From positions 687,995 through 751,994 of the forward strand of contig NMRA01000110.1 of assembly GCA_002633005.1 (NCBI GenBank): a DNA stretch of 64,000 bases. The letters run 5' to 3'. Source of the stretch: Phoronis australis (Eukaryota > Animalia > Phoronida). The notes below the pieces were generated by a model. That model saw nothing but the letters and a program-made list of their open reading frames with translations. It was not told the DNA's origin and did no database searches. Both the position numbers and the translations under genes were made by a program. Below are positions 11,901-23,840 of the stretch, one piece after another. Position 1 is the stretch's first letter; every line of letters starts with the position of its first letter.

Positions 11901-12429
11901 CTTCATTATGAGTTGACACCAAAAAACAGAATTTCAGAAGAAATTTTGCTGCTGAGAGATGTCGCAAAAAATTTAGGGGAAATGGCGGACACGAGCGAAC
12001 TGTTTTCAAAACGACGGCATACTTTTCATTGTTAGAAAAGGCAGTGTTACGCAAGAAAATGACGTTTATTGCATTGCTTTTCATTTAAACGGCTGTAACA
12101 TGCAAGGTGAATGCCGGTTGATTCCCAGCTAGATTTTGCATGAAAATGTATCAGCTACGGTCTTTAGCTTTACATGTTGATACAAGTTTCACAGCGCGGT
12201 GACGAGAAGAATTACCCTGGCTGTGTGCAATTTCGGGGTCTACAGAAGAAATAAACACAGTGGTACCTAGCTGTATTTTGACGACAGTCTTCATACAGCT
12301 AGCTGAGTGTCTGGCTACCGTAGGCGGCCTACGGCGTAATAGGCCGTGGGTAGAGGCAGTCAACAATGCACAATATTACAGCAACTATTCTGCAATAACT
12401 ACAAAATGTCATGAACAAAATGACTGACC

Positions 12430-13262
12430 TATAGGACTATAAAATATTACATTGACGAATCACGACTTTTACATACAAAACAACCTATAATGAACAAGCC
12501 AATGTAAGAATTTCTCGAAAAGATACCCAAATCGTCACCAAATCCACGGAAGTAAACAATGCGACATCACGCATGCGTGGTTACTAAACGTGACGTCAAA
12601 TTTTGGCTAGCTGATGGAAGATCTAGGGACTCTAAAGCTGTATCTAAGGTACGTTTTTCGTCCTTAAAAAGAGTTTGTCGAACATCGCTACACTGTCAAG
12701 TTATAAGATAGTAAACCCAAATATGAAAAAGGCAAAATGTACCTGTCTTTGACTGTGACAACGGCATATTGATGTAATTGACGAGTCCGTCGTCGTCGGT
12801 GTTATGACATTTGTACCTCAGGCACAGCTCAACACAGTTGTTGTGCTTGAATTGAGCCTGTAATTCCGCATCATCTCGATGCATGAATATGGGATACCCG
12901 AGTAAACGTGGCAAGAACTTTCAACTTATCTTATTCCGTTTGATGAAATTTGCGCTGCGCTAAAGCTAATGTTAAATGGAACCGACCATACAGATATTGA
13001 ACTTTGGCTTTGGCAATCGCATTCATCAAATAATTGATCAAAACTTCACATCCTCTGAGTCTGTGACATAAGTTCCGGTAAAGAAGAAGAAAATGGCTTA
13101 TCGGGGGCTTATAATTACAAAAATTCTTCATACTGAACAATTCAGTTTGACCATTGCTGTTATAAATACTAAAGTCCATGCCATTCGCGCCTCCGCAATC
13201 TTGACCGAGATCAAGAATCCCTAATTCAGAATACAACAAGCTCTATAAAGTGTCAAGGTGAG
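12430..13262. promoter_or_regulatory. Candidate bidirectional promoter between the CPTP-like (-) and RING (+) genes
   Basis: Clustered CCAAT (~12499), ETS CGGAAGT (12547), NRF1-like palindrome CACGCATGCGTG (12568-12579) and CRE TGACGTCA (12591-12598). Outward-facing donor-like sites: minus ag|gtcagt near 12430; plus aag|gtacgt at 12649 and aag|gtgagt at 13258. Confidence 0.55.
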
Positions 13263-14412
13263 TGCGATACAAGAAGTCAGGAGCAGGACCCCTTGTGTTG
13301 AGTCGATGTTCAGATCAGCTTTTTCATCTGTCACTGAGTACCACTCGTCTGTAACTGTTAGCGATTATAGCATGACTGATGTTCATTTTTTCATAGTGCA
13401 TTTTTGTCATATTTTTATTAGTACAAAACAATAAGTTTCAAATGGTGATGAGGTCACAAAAATCATGAATAAGTTGTTCAGCTAATTCCAAGTGCCATCT
13501 AGTTTCTTAAGGCAGAATTATGTATTGGTCTAAGTTTCTTGATTCATAACGATTTTAAAGAAGAACTGAGAATTTGAGTGCGTGCAGGTCCTTAAAAGGC
13601 CAATTGGCTGGAACATTAAAATGTGAGCAAATTTCACGAGAACTAAAACTTAGTTTTTAATTATTTTAAAGTGCAAGGCAATTTCTAAAATAATGATAAT
13701 GATAATGATAATAGAACTGATGTTGAGTAAACGACTGTTTCCTGTCATTATTATTGTCGTTGCATGTCCTCTGTAAAAAACTTTGAATTTTGAAAGTTCG
13801 TAATTAATGATAGATACCATTGTTTTTAAACCTTGCAAGAATAAAGAGCTAATTATAGTCATAATGACCGCATATATCTTTGCAAACAACCACCGTAACT
13901 TGCATCAAGTGCCCCCATGTCAGCTCATATTCCTCGTTACCATGGAACCCTTGTGTTCATACTGAACATCTGAATCAGTTGCATAGTTACACATTGCCAT
14001 AGTCTCCTCTCAGTAGCTTTATGTGTGTGGAGTTGTCATGTCAGACACATAATACTAGTACGATAACATTTGTGAGCAGTGAGTGAAATAGGGCTTTAGG
14101 GAAAGCTTTCACCTCATCTAGTAATTTAGCCAAGGTTTTTAAAATGACAGATTGCTTGATGTTCACAACCTAATTGGTTTGCATACAGTAAGACCACTAC
14201 TAAAAAGAAAAAAGAGAAACAATTTGGGTCATGGAGTCAGTGCGGTACTGGTTTAAATTGTCAGTCTCTGGTGCTTGTTGATCGTGTTTGCACTTTTAAA
14301 ATACCACATTTCTTAGGCTTTCTGGAGTACATCTTAAAAATTGAGTATGTAAATGATATGCAATATACTGTTTTTGTTTCTTTATAGTCTGAGATAATAG
14401 TTTACATAAATT

Positions 14413-14545
14413 CTGTGGTAGATGAACTGTGGTAGATGAACTGTGGTTGATAAACTGCAGTGGTAGATGAGCTGTGGTAGATGAACTGTGGTAGATGAGC
14501 TGTGGTAGATGAACTGTGGTAGATGAACTGTGGTAGATGAACTGT
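14413..14545. repeat. 14-bp minisatellite (ctgtggtagatgaa), about 9 copies
   Basis: Directly visible tandem array. Confidence 0.95.
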
Positions 14546-17009
14546 ACATGTACATTTCAGTGCTTGGTTATAAATCATTCCTTCTCCCCATTACTTAAGT
14601 TTCCAGTGATTGTTTTATGAAAACTGACACCGTGGTTTTTCCCTGAGCCTTGCTGAACTGAGACTTATATTCAGTTATATTAATAGACTGCACAAAGAAC
14701 TACCCCAGTTTAGAATGAACAGTCTTTGTTGGATTTGTAGAATTATTTATTGACATGGGAATGGTTCTTTGGAAGAATACTTTGTAAAGCATTGCTTTAT
14801 GATGTTTTTATGCCTATTTAATATTCATAATAACTTCTTGCTCTTACCTATATGAAAGCAACCTTCCACTGGCCTCGTTTCATTTTCAAGGACAATTTTT
14901 ATGATCAACATCAGGGCAGGCAAAAAAATATTTATTGTTCCTGACCCTTCCCTAAAATGTCCCGCATCGATGCTCTACATTTTTTATTTCTAAAATGTAG
15001 TTCTGTTTGTAAGCGTCACAAAATTTGCAGATCACAGAAGTACTTACACAAAGTATAGAAAATTTTCAGCAGACGGTTTTGAAGAGGAGTGCGCCCTGCA
15101 GGTATATGTAGGAACTGCAAGTCATATCGTCTGCTCAGCTGTATATCTCCGGTTGATTGACAAACTCCTGTGAAGAATATGGCCTGTAATTTTATTTCAA
15201 AATGACACTTCAGGAACGGCTTTGCTTACAAGGAGGTAATGTCCAAGTATATGGTATGCTATAGTTATGCCTTTAATGGTCATTCAGCAGACGCAGTGCC
15301 AAATGACAGATTTTGCTGTGATTGTCTGTGACACTACGTCCAGTGATGACATGAAATAAAAAGTAAAATAGAAAAGTGACCAATTTGTGGACAATCCCCG
15401 AATGATCAACATGTTTATGTTTTACGTGAGTTGTTGAATAGGTGTAATTCTTTACGTAGAAAATAAATCTGAAACTAAATAAGGCGATCCAGATCCTCCC
15501 AAGGATACTACTGTTTCATGAAATGTAGAATATAAATCGGTAAATAAAACAACAAGAATGGATCAACTGAAATTTGAAATTTCCGGTTGTAATAACTTCC
15601 TTTGTCAACAAAAACAGAAATACAAACTGCTCTGGACAGTGTTGGAATTTTTGCGTCACTTCTGTATTATAGTATAAATAGAATGATTTATTCAACAAAT
15701 GTTTCACCAACTGCATTGAACTAACCCCATTTCATGAACAGTGACTTAGCAGTTAAGTCAGAAATGTTTGTCTTGAGGTGCCAATTCACTGATCGCATTA
15801 GTTTCCATGTCAAAATATTTACCAAAATATTCTTTTTCATTTTTGAAAAGCTTCTGACGTAGTTTTGAATCCCCACAATTTCTCAGAATGCCTGAAGGAT
15901 ATGGCATAGGAATTTATTTGATGGTACTTGTATTTTATTAAAAAATGAAAACAAAATTTCACTTGTCGACCATATTGTGGTGAGATTTTATCATAACTGA
16001 CAAAATTTTTCAATTCAGTTCTAGATGATTGCTACAGTTTAGCAAAAACATATAGAAATTATTTGAGTATGTAGTTAACAAATTTGGGTTTATCCTAAAT
16101 ATTTGCTGAAATGAAATTAAAGCATTTTTCAAAATAGTCCAAGACAAAATGGCTGCCTGGTCCTTTTTGTGTATTTCTTCACTTACCTTTGCTGCAAAAG
16201 TTTTCGTCAAATGATTACTGTTCTGTATCTTGACTTAGGCAAAGTACCTGGACAAAAATAAGGGAAACTTTTCCATAAAGGTTTACAAACCAAATCTTAA
16301 AAAGACATGAAACTGAGATAGGCCACAAACAGTATGCATTGCACACTTTCTTGAAGATCTACTTTCCTGGGTTCTTGTTTTTAAATTATGTTTTTGTGTG
16401 GGATCGTGTGAATTATCTGTTATATGCTTGACAGTAACAGAGAGACAATTTATTTACTATCTTGATGAAATAACATCAGTTTTTGGGGATGCTTGGTGAG
16501 AGAGAGACTTTATTGATCGTACAGCATGCGTCCTATCTCAATATTGTAACTTGGAGCTGTTAAACCAAACAGCCCTGAATAGCCTTGTCAATTTCCATTG
16601 TTCCCTTTCATGCATGGTATATTGTTTTTTAGCCTTTAGCAGGCACTGTTCGATGAAGTGATATTGGCGTGGTAATTAGCTATGTGTAATTACACAGTGC
16701 ACAGCCATCGATAATTATTCACTGGAAGACAGATGTAATGTAGTAGTCTACATGCTTGTACGTGTTGGATGTCAGATGGCACTATCTGTGTAGAATGCCG
16801 TCCACACAGAGACTTACTTAAGAACAAGTGGGGTAGGTTGCACTTGTGCAAGTTGATGTATAGTTAGGCTGTAATGTGGACGGGACTTAGAAGTGCATGG
16901 TGCTTCAGGTCGAATTCTCACCTTATTTCACACAATGATAGATTAAATGTATTCCTGATGGCGAGATGTGTCAAATTAACTGTCTGGATTATAGCTGACT
17001 TCATTGTTG

Positions 17010-17012
<3 letters not shown>

Positions 17013-17047
<35 letters not shown>

Positions 17048-17048
17048 C

Positions 17049-17097
<49 letters not shown>

Positions 17098-17105
17098 CGT
17101 ATGTG
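17013..17105. repeat. (GT)n/(GCGT)n microsatellite
   Basis: Directly visible. Confidence 0.98.
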
Positions 17106-18039
17106 AAATTAACTGAGTAAGCAACCATAGCTAACTGACCCTGTGCGAATCAAACAACATACTAGCATTGCCAACATGATATAGGCCTAATTAACAATAT
17201 GTTGCTTTATCTTGTTCCTGTGAGTATATAGTAGAATCTCTGAGGTGTGGATAAGTATGAATAATCACTGACTGAGACGTGAACAGCTGAATTTTGTGGA
17301 CCTCACAGAGTACTTAGTAAGCAAAGTATTGCTGTGAGCAGAGTTCCATCTTCACTACTATACAGTTTAGCCATCAAGTGACTGTAAGCAAGTGTTAGCT
17401 GACTGTAGTTACATCACACCACAGTCACTGATGGTTGATTCCAGTTGTCATGATCAATATTTCACATATAACCTGCATGATGCTGTAGTATAGATGCGGG
17501 TGTATGCAGCCTCTTTATTGTCAAGTGTAGTAAAAGTCTGGTGAAGTGGAGATTCTGTGCAAGAGGTCAGTTTGGTGATATCTTGAGTTGCTGCCTTTTC
17601 GTTTTAATTAACCATATCCACAATCCCTTGCCGTATTATCCATTTTAAGCTAATAATCCATACAACTTAGGGGCTCAAACTGTGCTGGTGAAGAAAGGAA
17701 ATTGTCTTGGTGGGGTGAGGGTAGCTCAGAGAAGTAAGAGGGGAGGGGGAGGGATTCGTTGGCATGACCAGAGTGCAGCTCTGATTACTAGGCTCCCAGA
17801 ATTTTATAGGATAGGAACTCCTTCCCCTCCCCCNCCCCCCCCCCCCCCCCCCCCCCGGGAAACGTGACTAGCATTGGCCCATTGCCAACGCGATGTGCCC
17901 AGTTGCTGTTGTATTTATTGCCAATGATTGATGGTGACCAGATAATACATTCACTTATCTGTTATGAAACAAGTTATTTGTCTCCGTGTGATTCAGTGTG
18001 CAGTCAAACTTGGTGTATTGGTGAGGCTCATGTAGTTAA

Positions 18040-18204
18040 CAGGAGCAGATTCCGGGGTTTTGAGTAAAGGGGGAGGATCAAGACAGAGTATTAGCTAGGA
18101 TTTTGCCAGTCAGACATTCGAACTCCTGAATTGCCAAAATGGAATCTGGGAGAATTTGAGCAGGGGGGCATGGCTACCCTGGCCCCCGTCTAAATCCGTC
18201 ACTG
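18040..18204 (-). mobile_element. GC-rich MITE, same family as 3568-3723
   Basis: Termini caggagcagatt / aaatccgtcactg; internal cagagtattagctag and ttgccaaaatggaatct are reverse complements of the 3568 copy. Confidence 0.65.
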
Positions 18205-20834
18205 GTTAAGCTTCACTATGCATGTGTGCCTGGTGTGTTGGTGAGGGTCATCCACTTTCACTGATGAACCTAACTAATGAAGTGATGAGATAACAGACAG
18301 CTCCCCCTATTGTCCAGTTCTTCTTTCACTGAAAATAGGTGTTTGTAGGTCCTATGTTACAGAAGTCCATGAAGGCATTTTACATTCATGAACTAGTTTC
18401 TCATCATCACTCATTAGTTATTCAGCGAGCAATTCAAGCTTGGCATTGAAGACTGTGTCATCTAGGATTTCATTGATTTTGTTAACTTGAGATTGTCTAG
18501 TTAACCTACAATCTGTCAGATGAGTACATGTCAGTAATTGACATTCTCCCATCTGTGAATACACTGTCTTGCATTTCCTTGGGTTCTCCCAAGGGGATAT
18601 TGCCACAAAATTTGCTTTTGAGAGTCAGTGTGATGGAAAAAAATCTTAGTCCCATTTGTAATTTAGTGAATCACATGACAATAGATGGATCACTTCAAAT
18701 ATCTTCTTGTATGTCCCCTTGTTAAGGTTGCATGTTGGTTCAAGAAAAGTCTGGTTGGTAGTATGTACAGTTTAGGACGTTATGGACAAGTGTTAGGACT
18801 TAACTAAATTAATTTCTACAAAGTAACATTTCAACTCAGTAAAAGTTTATATTTTAGGAAAGTTGAAATCCTGTAGAATTTGATTTTTGATTTTATATCA
18901 ACCTGCCATCAGTTGGCTGACGAGACCATTTGGTTTTAGTAAAATTTAGCAAAAATGAAGGTGCATTCTTAGCAAAGGAATGGTGTTCAATATTACTACC
19001 AGATGGCGTTTGATTGCAATGATCAAGATGAAGTCTCATAAATGCTGTTACTGTTTTCCAAATGATCACTTTGTTTCATGCATGTTTCGATTTTTTTCTG
19101 TTAGCCCCTCGTGCAAACTGGAACATTTTAAAAGCAATTCCTATAAGTGTTTCGAACTACAGTCTGCAGAGCATGTTTCAATCTGACCTGGCATTCCTGA
19201 GATATGATGTTTTTAAGATTGACAGATTTGGACATTTTTCTTGTATTTTGATGTATTTACAAATAGGGTAAAATCTCACTGGTTCGGGACACAATATGGC
19301 GGACGATTGAAATTTTATTTTAAAGTAATTTTTTCATTGAAGATGCGTCACATCAAGTTAATGCTTTACCATATATCAAATTCTATTACCATAGCTACCA
19401 TCAGAAAATATTTTTAAAACTGTAGGCATTCACAGCAGTGTTGGAAGGCCTTGGAAAACGAAAAATGGTAATTTTTGTGTGGAATTAAAGAAATTTTGCC
19501 TTAGTGGTTCAGACTTACATCCAGAAAATGTCCAGGGAGATGGACCCTCACTGGCCAGTCTATTGCATCACTATAGTAGGCCAGCCCTAATCTTGATTTT
19601 CCATAAGTTACACTCTTTATATTGCCCTAACTTTTGATTTTTCACTAATATTTTTATGAAAGAATGAAACCGATTTGATTAATGGGAAATTGTCATTTTG
19701 ACCCCATCTCTTGAAAGTCTGGTGGGATATCACACTTGAGTTGTGATTGACAGTCTGCCACAGGTAGCACATAATCCTAGACTTGTAATTGGCCAATTAT
19801 CAGGTGGCTGTGAAAAGGACCTTTGTCAGAATGCAAAATAGACCACAAGCAGCCATATTGGTTTTGGGGTGCACTTACCTAAATGTTAAAATTGCTGGAG
19901 GTATTACAGCACACAGATAAGTTTTGTTGGTTTACAGTCTAGAAATTATCCCCTGTTGTCTTTTTAGAATGTTCCATAAAACTGGAGTTACATGTATGAA
20001 TGGGCAGATTATAGTGAAGGCAAAAGGTTCATTTGAAAACTTCAAGCTTCAAGTTCATAGTTTCACACTAATGGCAATGGAATATGTTTTAATGAAATAA
20101 AATATTCAAAGCTAAGAGAAATGGACTTCAAATCCATTTTTTAAGTTTATGATAACTTCTGAATGATTTTGATGAGAAAATGAAATTATGCCTGAATGTT
20201 GTATATTTATTTGGCTATGAATACTGTCATTCATCATTCATCCAGCTTACTAAAAAGTTGTCTTTATTAAATATCAAAAAGAAAATACAAAGTAGTAAGC
20301 TTATGGCTTTACTGACTTGAACTAATTGTGTACTGATGACTTGAACAAGACTATGGAAACTGCTTGAGAACAGTGAAAAGGGCATATAAGGACAAAACTG
20401 GTTTTGGAAACCTAACAAATATGCTTTTATGAAAATTTTTGTACTCAAAAAACAATTTTGGATCATGTCCTAACATGCTGTGTGGTGAAATTTTACACAT
20501 TTTTTGTGAACTTAGCACACGGAAAAACAATGGGTTATTCTACCGGCCTTAAGTGCCACCTGAGTTTGTTCATTGCCACCCCCCCCCCTTCATGAGCCAT
20601 TTCTGTGTTTATCCTTTACATAACACGTGGCATGTGTCATGATCATTCCAATATTTTTCTATTTATTTTTAGGTACTGGCTTATGAAAATGGAGTAGTGT
20701 AACAGAGCAGTTAAGATTGTCCACCAGATATGTTGTGTTCTCATCCATTGCTGTGTTGGCCAAGATAGCAGTGGCTCCCTGAACCATGGATAGGCGTCAT
20801 TGTGCTGAATAGGACACAGTAAGATAAGACAGCC

Positions 20835-20959
20835 ATGAATTACTCATCATTGCTGCAAGACGTCTTGATTCCAGCAGGTCTCAAGCTTGGTGGTTACCCT
20901 GACGATGTGTTTGTCAACATGACAGAGAAGGAAAGGGAAGAGTTTGAGTGTCAGATTTG
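20835..20959 (+). CDS. RING protein, coding exon 1
   Basis: GGY...F...FECQIC motif; phase-2 donor; probable UTR acceptor ttttttag| at 20672. Confidence 0.87.
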
Positions 20960-23840
20960 GTAAGGCATTAGAAATATCAAGAAATGATATTCTTTTATTT
21001 GGTAAGGCATTAGAAATATCAAGCAATGATATTCTTTTATTTGGTAAGGCATTAGAAATATCAAGAAATGATATTCTTTTATTTGGTAAGGCATTAGAAA
21101 TATCAAGAAATGATATTCTTTTATTTGGTAAGGCATTAGAAATATCAAGAAATGATATTTCTTTTATTTAGCAAACACAGATGAATATCATATTAAACAC
21201 ATAGTTCATTTTGTCAATTTACAACACAAGTTGATTGTTTTAAAAATTAAAATTTTTAGGTTACGGTTAACACTGTGGATTTGAAACACTCAATCTTTTA
21301 GAAAAAATGAAGAATTGTTTTCCTGATAATCTTGCGGTGCATTGGAAAAGTGTCCATGTGTTTGTAATGTGTTTCAACCTGTGTTATTCCCTTTCAGTTA
21401 CATGGTGCTGAAAGACGCCCGTCAGTGTGACAATCACCATTATTTCTGTGCACCCTGTATATTCTCCTGGTCAATTGGTCACGGTGAGAACCACGACAAG
21501 TGTCCAGTGTGTCGGACTGACAGTGCTTACAAGACATGCCCTGAAATAGATGAGAGACTGAGCCGCAAGCGTGTCCGCTGTATACAGCCCAAGTGTGAGT
21601 GGCGAGGGTTCTTGAGAGATTTCCGTTCACATGACCACGGTCTGGAGCTGGTTGGGGGACGTTCCGAGGAGATTTTACCCGAGGTCATCGCACAGTTGCC
21701 ACAGCACCGTCCACCTACTCCACCGTCCTTTTTCTTCGGCGTTCCCCTGGTGCCATCGCATGACAACATGTTAGCTCATGCGGCTGCTGGTGGGCGCGGT
21801 CCCCGTTACCAACAGATGCGGTCCCATCTAGAGGAGGGTCGTGATCGACTCCTTGCCCTCATGTTGACCTTCAGCGAGGTGTTAGATATGCGTCGGAGGA
21901 ACATTCTACAGTTCCACAACCACCGGGAGAACAATCGCGTCCAACAGATGCAAGAGGTACATCACCTTGGTGAGAGATTGGGTGATGTCGCCACTGCACT
22001 AATGTTTCTGCTGGAGGAGGCACGCACTGACATGAACCAGATGCATGACGACTTTCGTAACTTGCCTGACATTCCTGCTGGCCTCCATCCACTGTCTACT
22101 GGTGAATCGGAGGCATCAACCCCACGCAGGACACAATCCACTGCCAGAACGCCCGTCGGTCACAATACAGGTGTACAAGGGGCCCAGTCCCTGCGTGCAG
22201 CCTTTAACCCCAGTCTGAGTCACGTGACCACACGCACCAGCTCATTCCCATTAATTGGTAACATGACTCCCAATAGTGATGTCTCCTCGCCGCGATCCAG
22301 CGACGGTGCATCAACCATCTTGGAGAGTTCTTCTGGTGTTACGCGCAGTCTGGCATCTGGCGTCAACTCCTCGCGGTTTACTGACACAGCCTCAAGGATA
22401 AGTGTAGCACCTGTACGCACTACCAGCTCAAGCCTGGGTACCATATCTGACAGAATATTGGACACAACCCCGCGCAGTAGAACCAGCACCTCTTTGTCGT
22501 TGGCAGAGAACGACTCTGGGCCAGAAGAGGAAGAGGTTCCACACATGAGCACGCGAGCGAGCATTTCACGTTACCGTCGCAGAATGATTAGACGACAGTT
22601 AGGGGATCGTTCCCCTAATGTGTTGGCTCAATCCACCCAACCCTTACCTCAGATAAGTAGCCCCACTGTGCCTGTTTCATTAGCACCTTTGCCTGCACCA
22701 CAAGTGCTGCCCACTTCTTCACAGCCGGCACCAGCACCAACAAATGTTGTGTCATCCACCAACACTATTGCCTCCAGTAGTACAAGTGAAACATCACCAG
22801 AGGGCAGGACACAAGGTCGGGACTGGGGCACATTCACAGTTAGTGCTAGCTACCCTAACAGTGTGGCTAGTGATAATGGTGAGAGGAACTCTCTGCAGGC
22901 TGATAGTGGGGCTTCTGCTGCTGTTGATGGCAACTTTGTAGCCAGTAGTGGAATAGGTACAAGCTCCTCCACCGTCCAGGGCAGGAGAGCTGCTGGAAGT
23001 AGTGCTCAGCGCTCGGATCTCAATCGATCTGATGGTAACTCTCTAACTGTTGTAGTATCTACCGCTAACAGGCACTCAGGAAGGGCTTCTAGTGCCAGTT
23101 CAACAACCGACACTGCTTCAACTGCGCCCACAGTTGTAACGTCCTCCACAACAGCTTCCCGTCTGGTCTACTCTAGTGCTAACCCTATCACCAGCACAAG
23201 CTCCAGGCCACCTGCTCCCCGAGGTAGGAGAACTCTCCCAGGTTCAGTGTTGACTTCGAGCGAAGGGCAGACATTAGGAACAACTGCGCGGCTTTTGAAT
23301 AGAAATCAAGAGAGTAATAGTGGCCTGATTCAAAGAGAAAACACTGAATCCTCTGAGAACACTGTATCTATGAGGGCTGCTGTACGACGACCCTCTGGGG
23401 CGGGTATTAGCCGTCCAAGACCACCTGTTGAGTCTTCACCAAGTGCGGCTGCTGGACTCCCTCGACGAACAGTGAACGGTAGTACAAATGTAGGCGCTCA
23501 AAGAAACGTAGCGCAAAGCTCAAGTAACGGTGTGCGTAGGCCAAATGTGGACAATTTGCCAAGAGCTGGCCTTCACCGTAGGACAAACAACGATTTAAAC
23601 AATAGCAATAACAACCTCACAAGAAGGTTGAGCACGGACGCACCTTCATTGGGAACTGTGACTCGTCGACGGACTAATAATGAGAGTCGACGGTTGAGCT
23701 TAGATATGAATCCAAATCCTAATCGTAGAATCTCAGTTGTTCCGGGCAATACCGTATCACGTACGGCGAGACGGGCTTCCAACGATAACAGAATATCGGG
23801 AAAATCTACTCAGAGCTCTAGCAACCCTAATAATTCGTAA
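20835..23840 (+). CDS. RING-HC (C3HC4) E3 ubiquitin ligase-like protein with TRAF/RNF41/RNF151-type N-terminus and long S/T/R-rich disordered tail, 855 aa
   Basis: Exon 20835-20959 (cagccATG; MNYSSLLQDVLIPAGLKLGGYPDDVFVNMTEKEREEFECQI, TG|gtaagg) plus exon 21398-23840 (ctttcag|T). Splicing completes the RING C-QI-C-x9-C-x3-H-x2-C-x2-C-x14-C-x2-C, followed by a TRAF-like zinc finger (RCIQPKCEWRG...H). Confidence 0.9.
20955..21168. repeat. 42-bp minisatellite, 5 copies, each containing the splice donor
   Basis: Unit atttggtaaggcattagaaatatcaagaaatgatattctttt; GT at 20960, 21002, 21044, 21086 and 21128. Confidence 0.97.
21398..23840 (+). CDS. RING protein, large terminal exon
   Basis: 2.4-kb open frame (ORF 21342..23840). 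The true start is the acceptor at 21397, not the TTG at 21342. Confidence 0.92.

Noticed and set aside
12696-13239. Two minus-strand ORFs (72 and 102 aa)
   Set aside because: Different frames, non-ATG starts, no recognisable motif; they lie in the probable promoter/UTR region
16874-17124. CV- and HT-repeat ORFs
   Set aside because: Translations of a (GT)n microsatellite
14413-21168. Regular arrays (14-bp and 42-bp units) as possible CRISPR
   Set aside because: Head-to-tail repeats without unique spacers, in a eukaryotic intron-containing context with no cas genes
20944-21171. Repetitive ORFs (ILLFGKALEISRND)n and the antisense equivalent
   Set aside because: By-product of the 42-bp intronic minisatellite; not the frame of the RING exon
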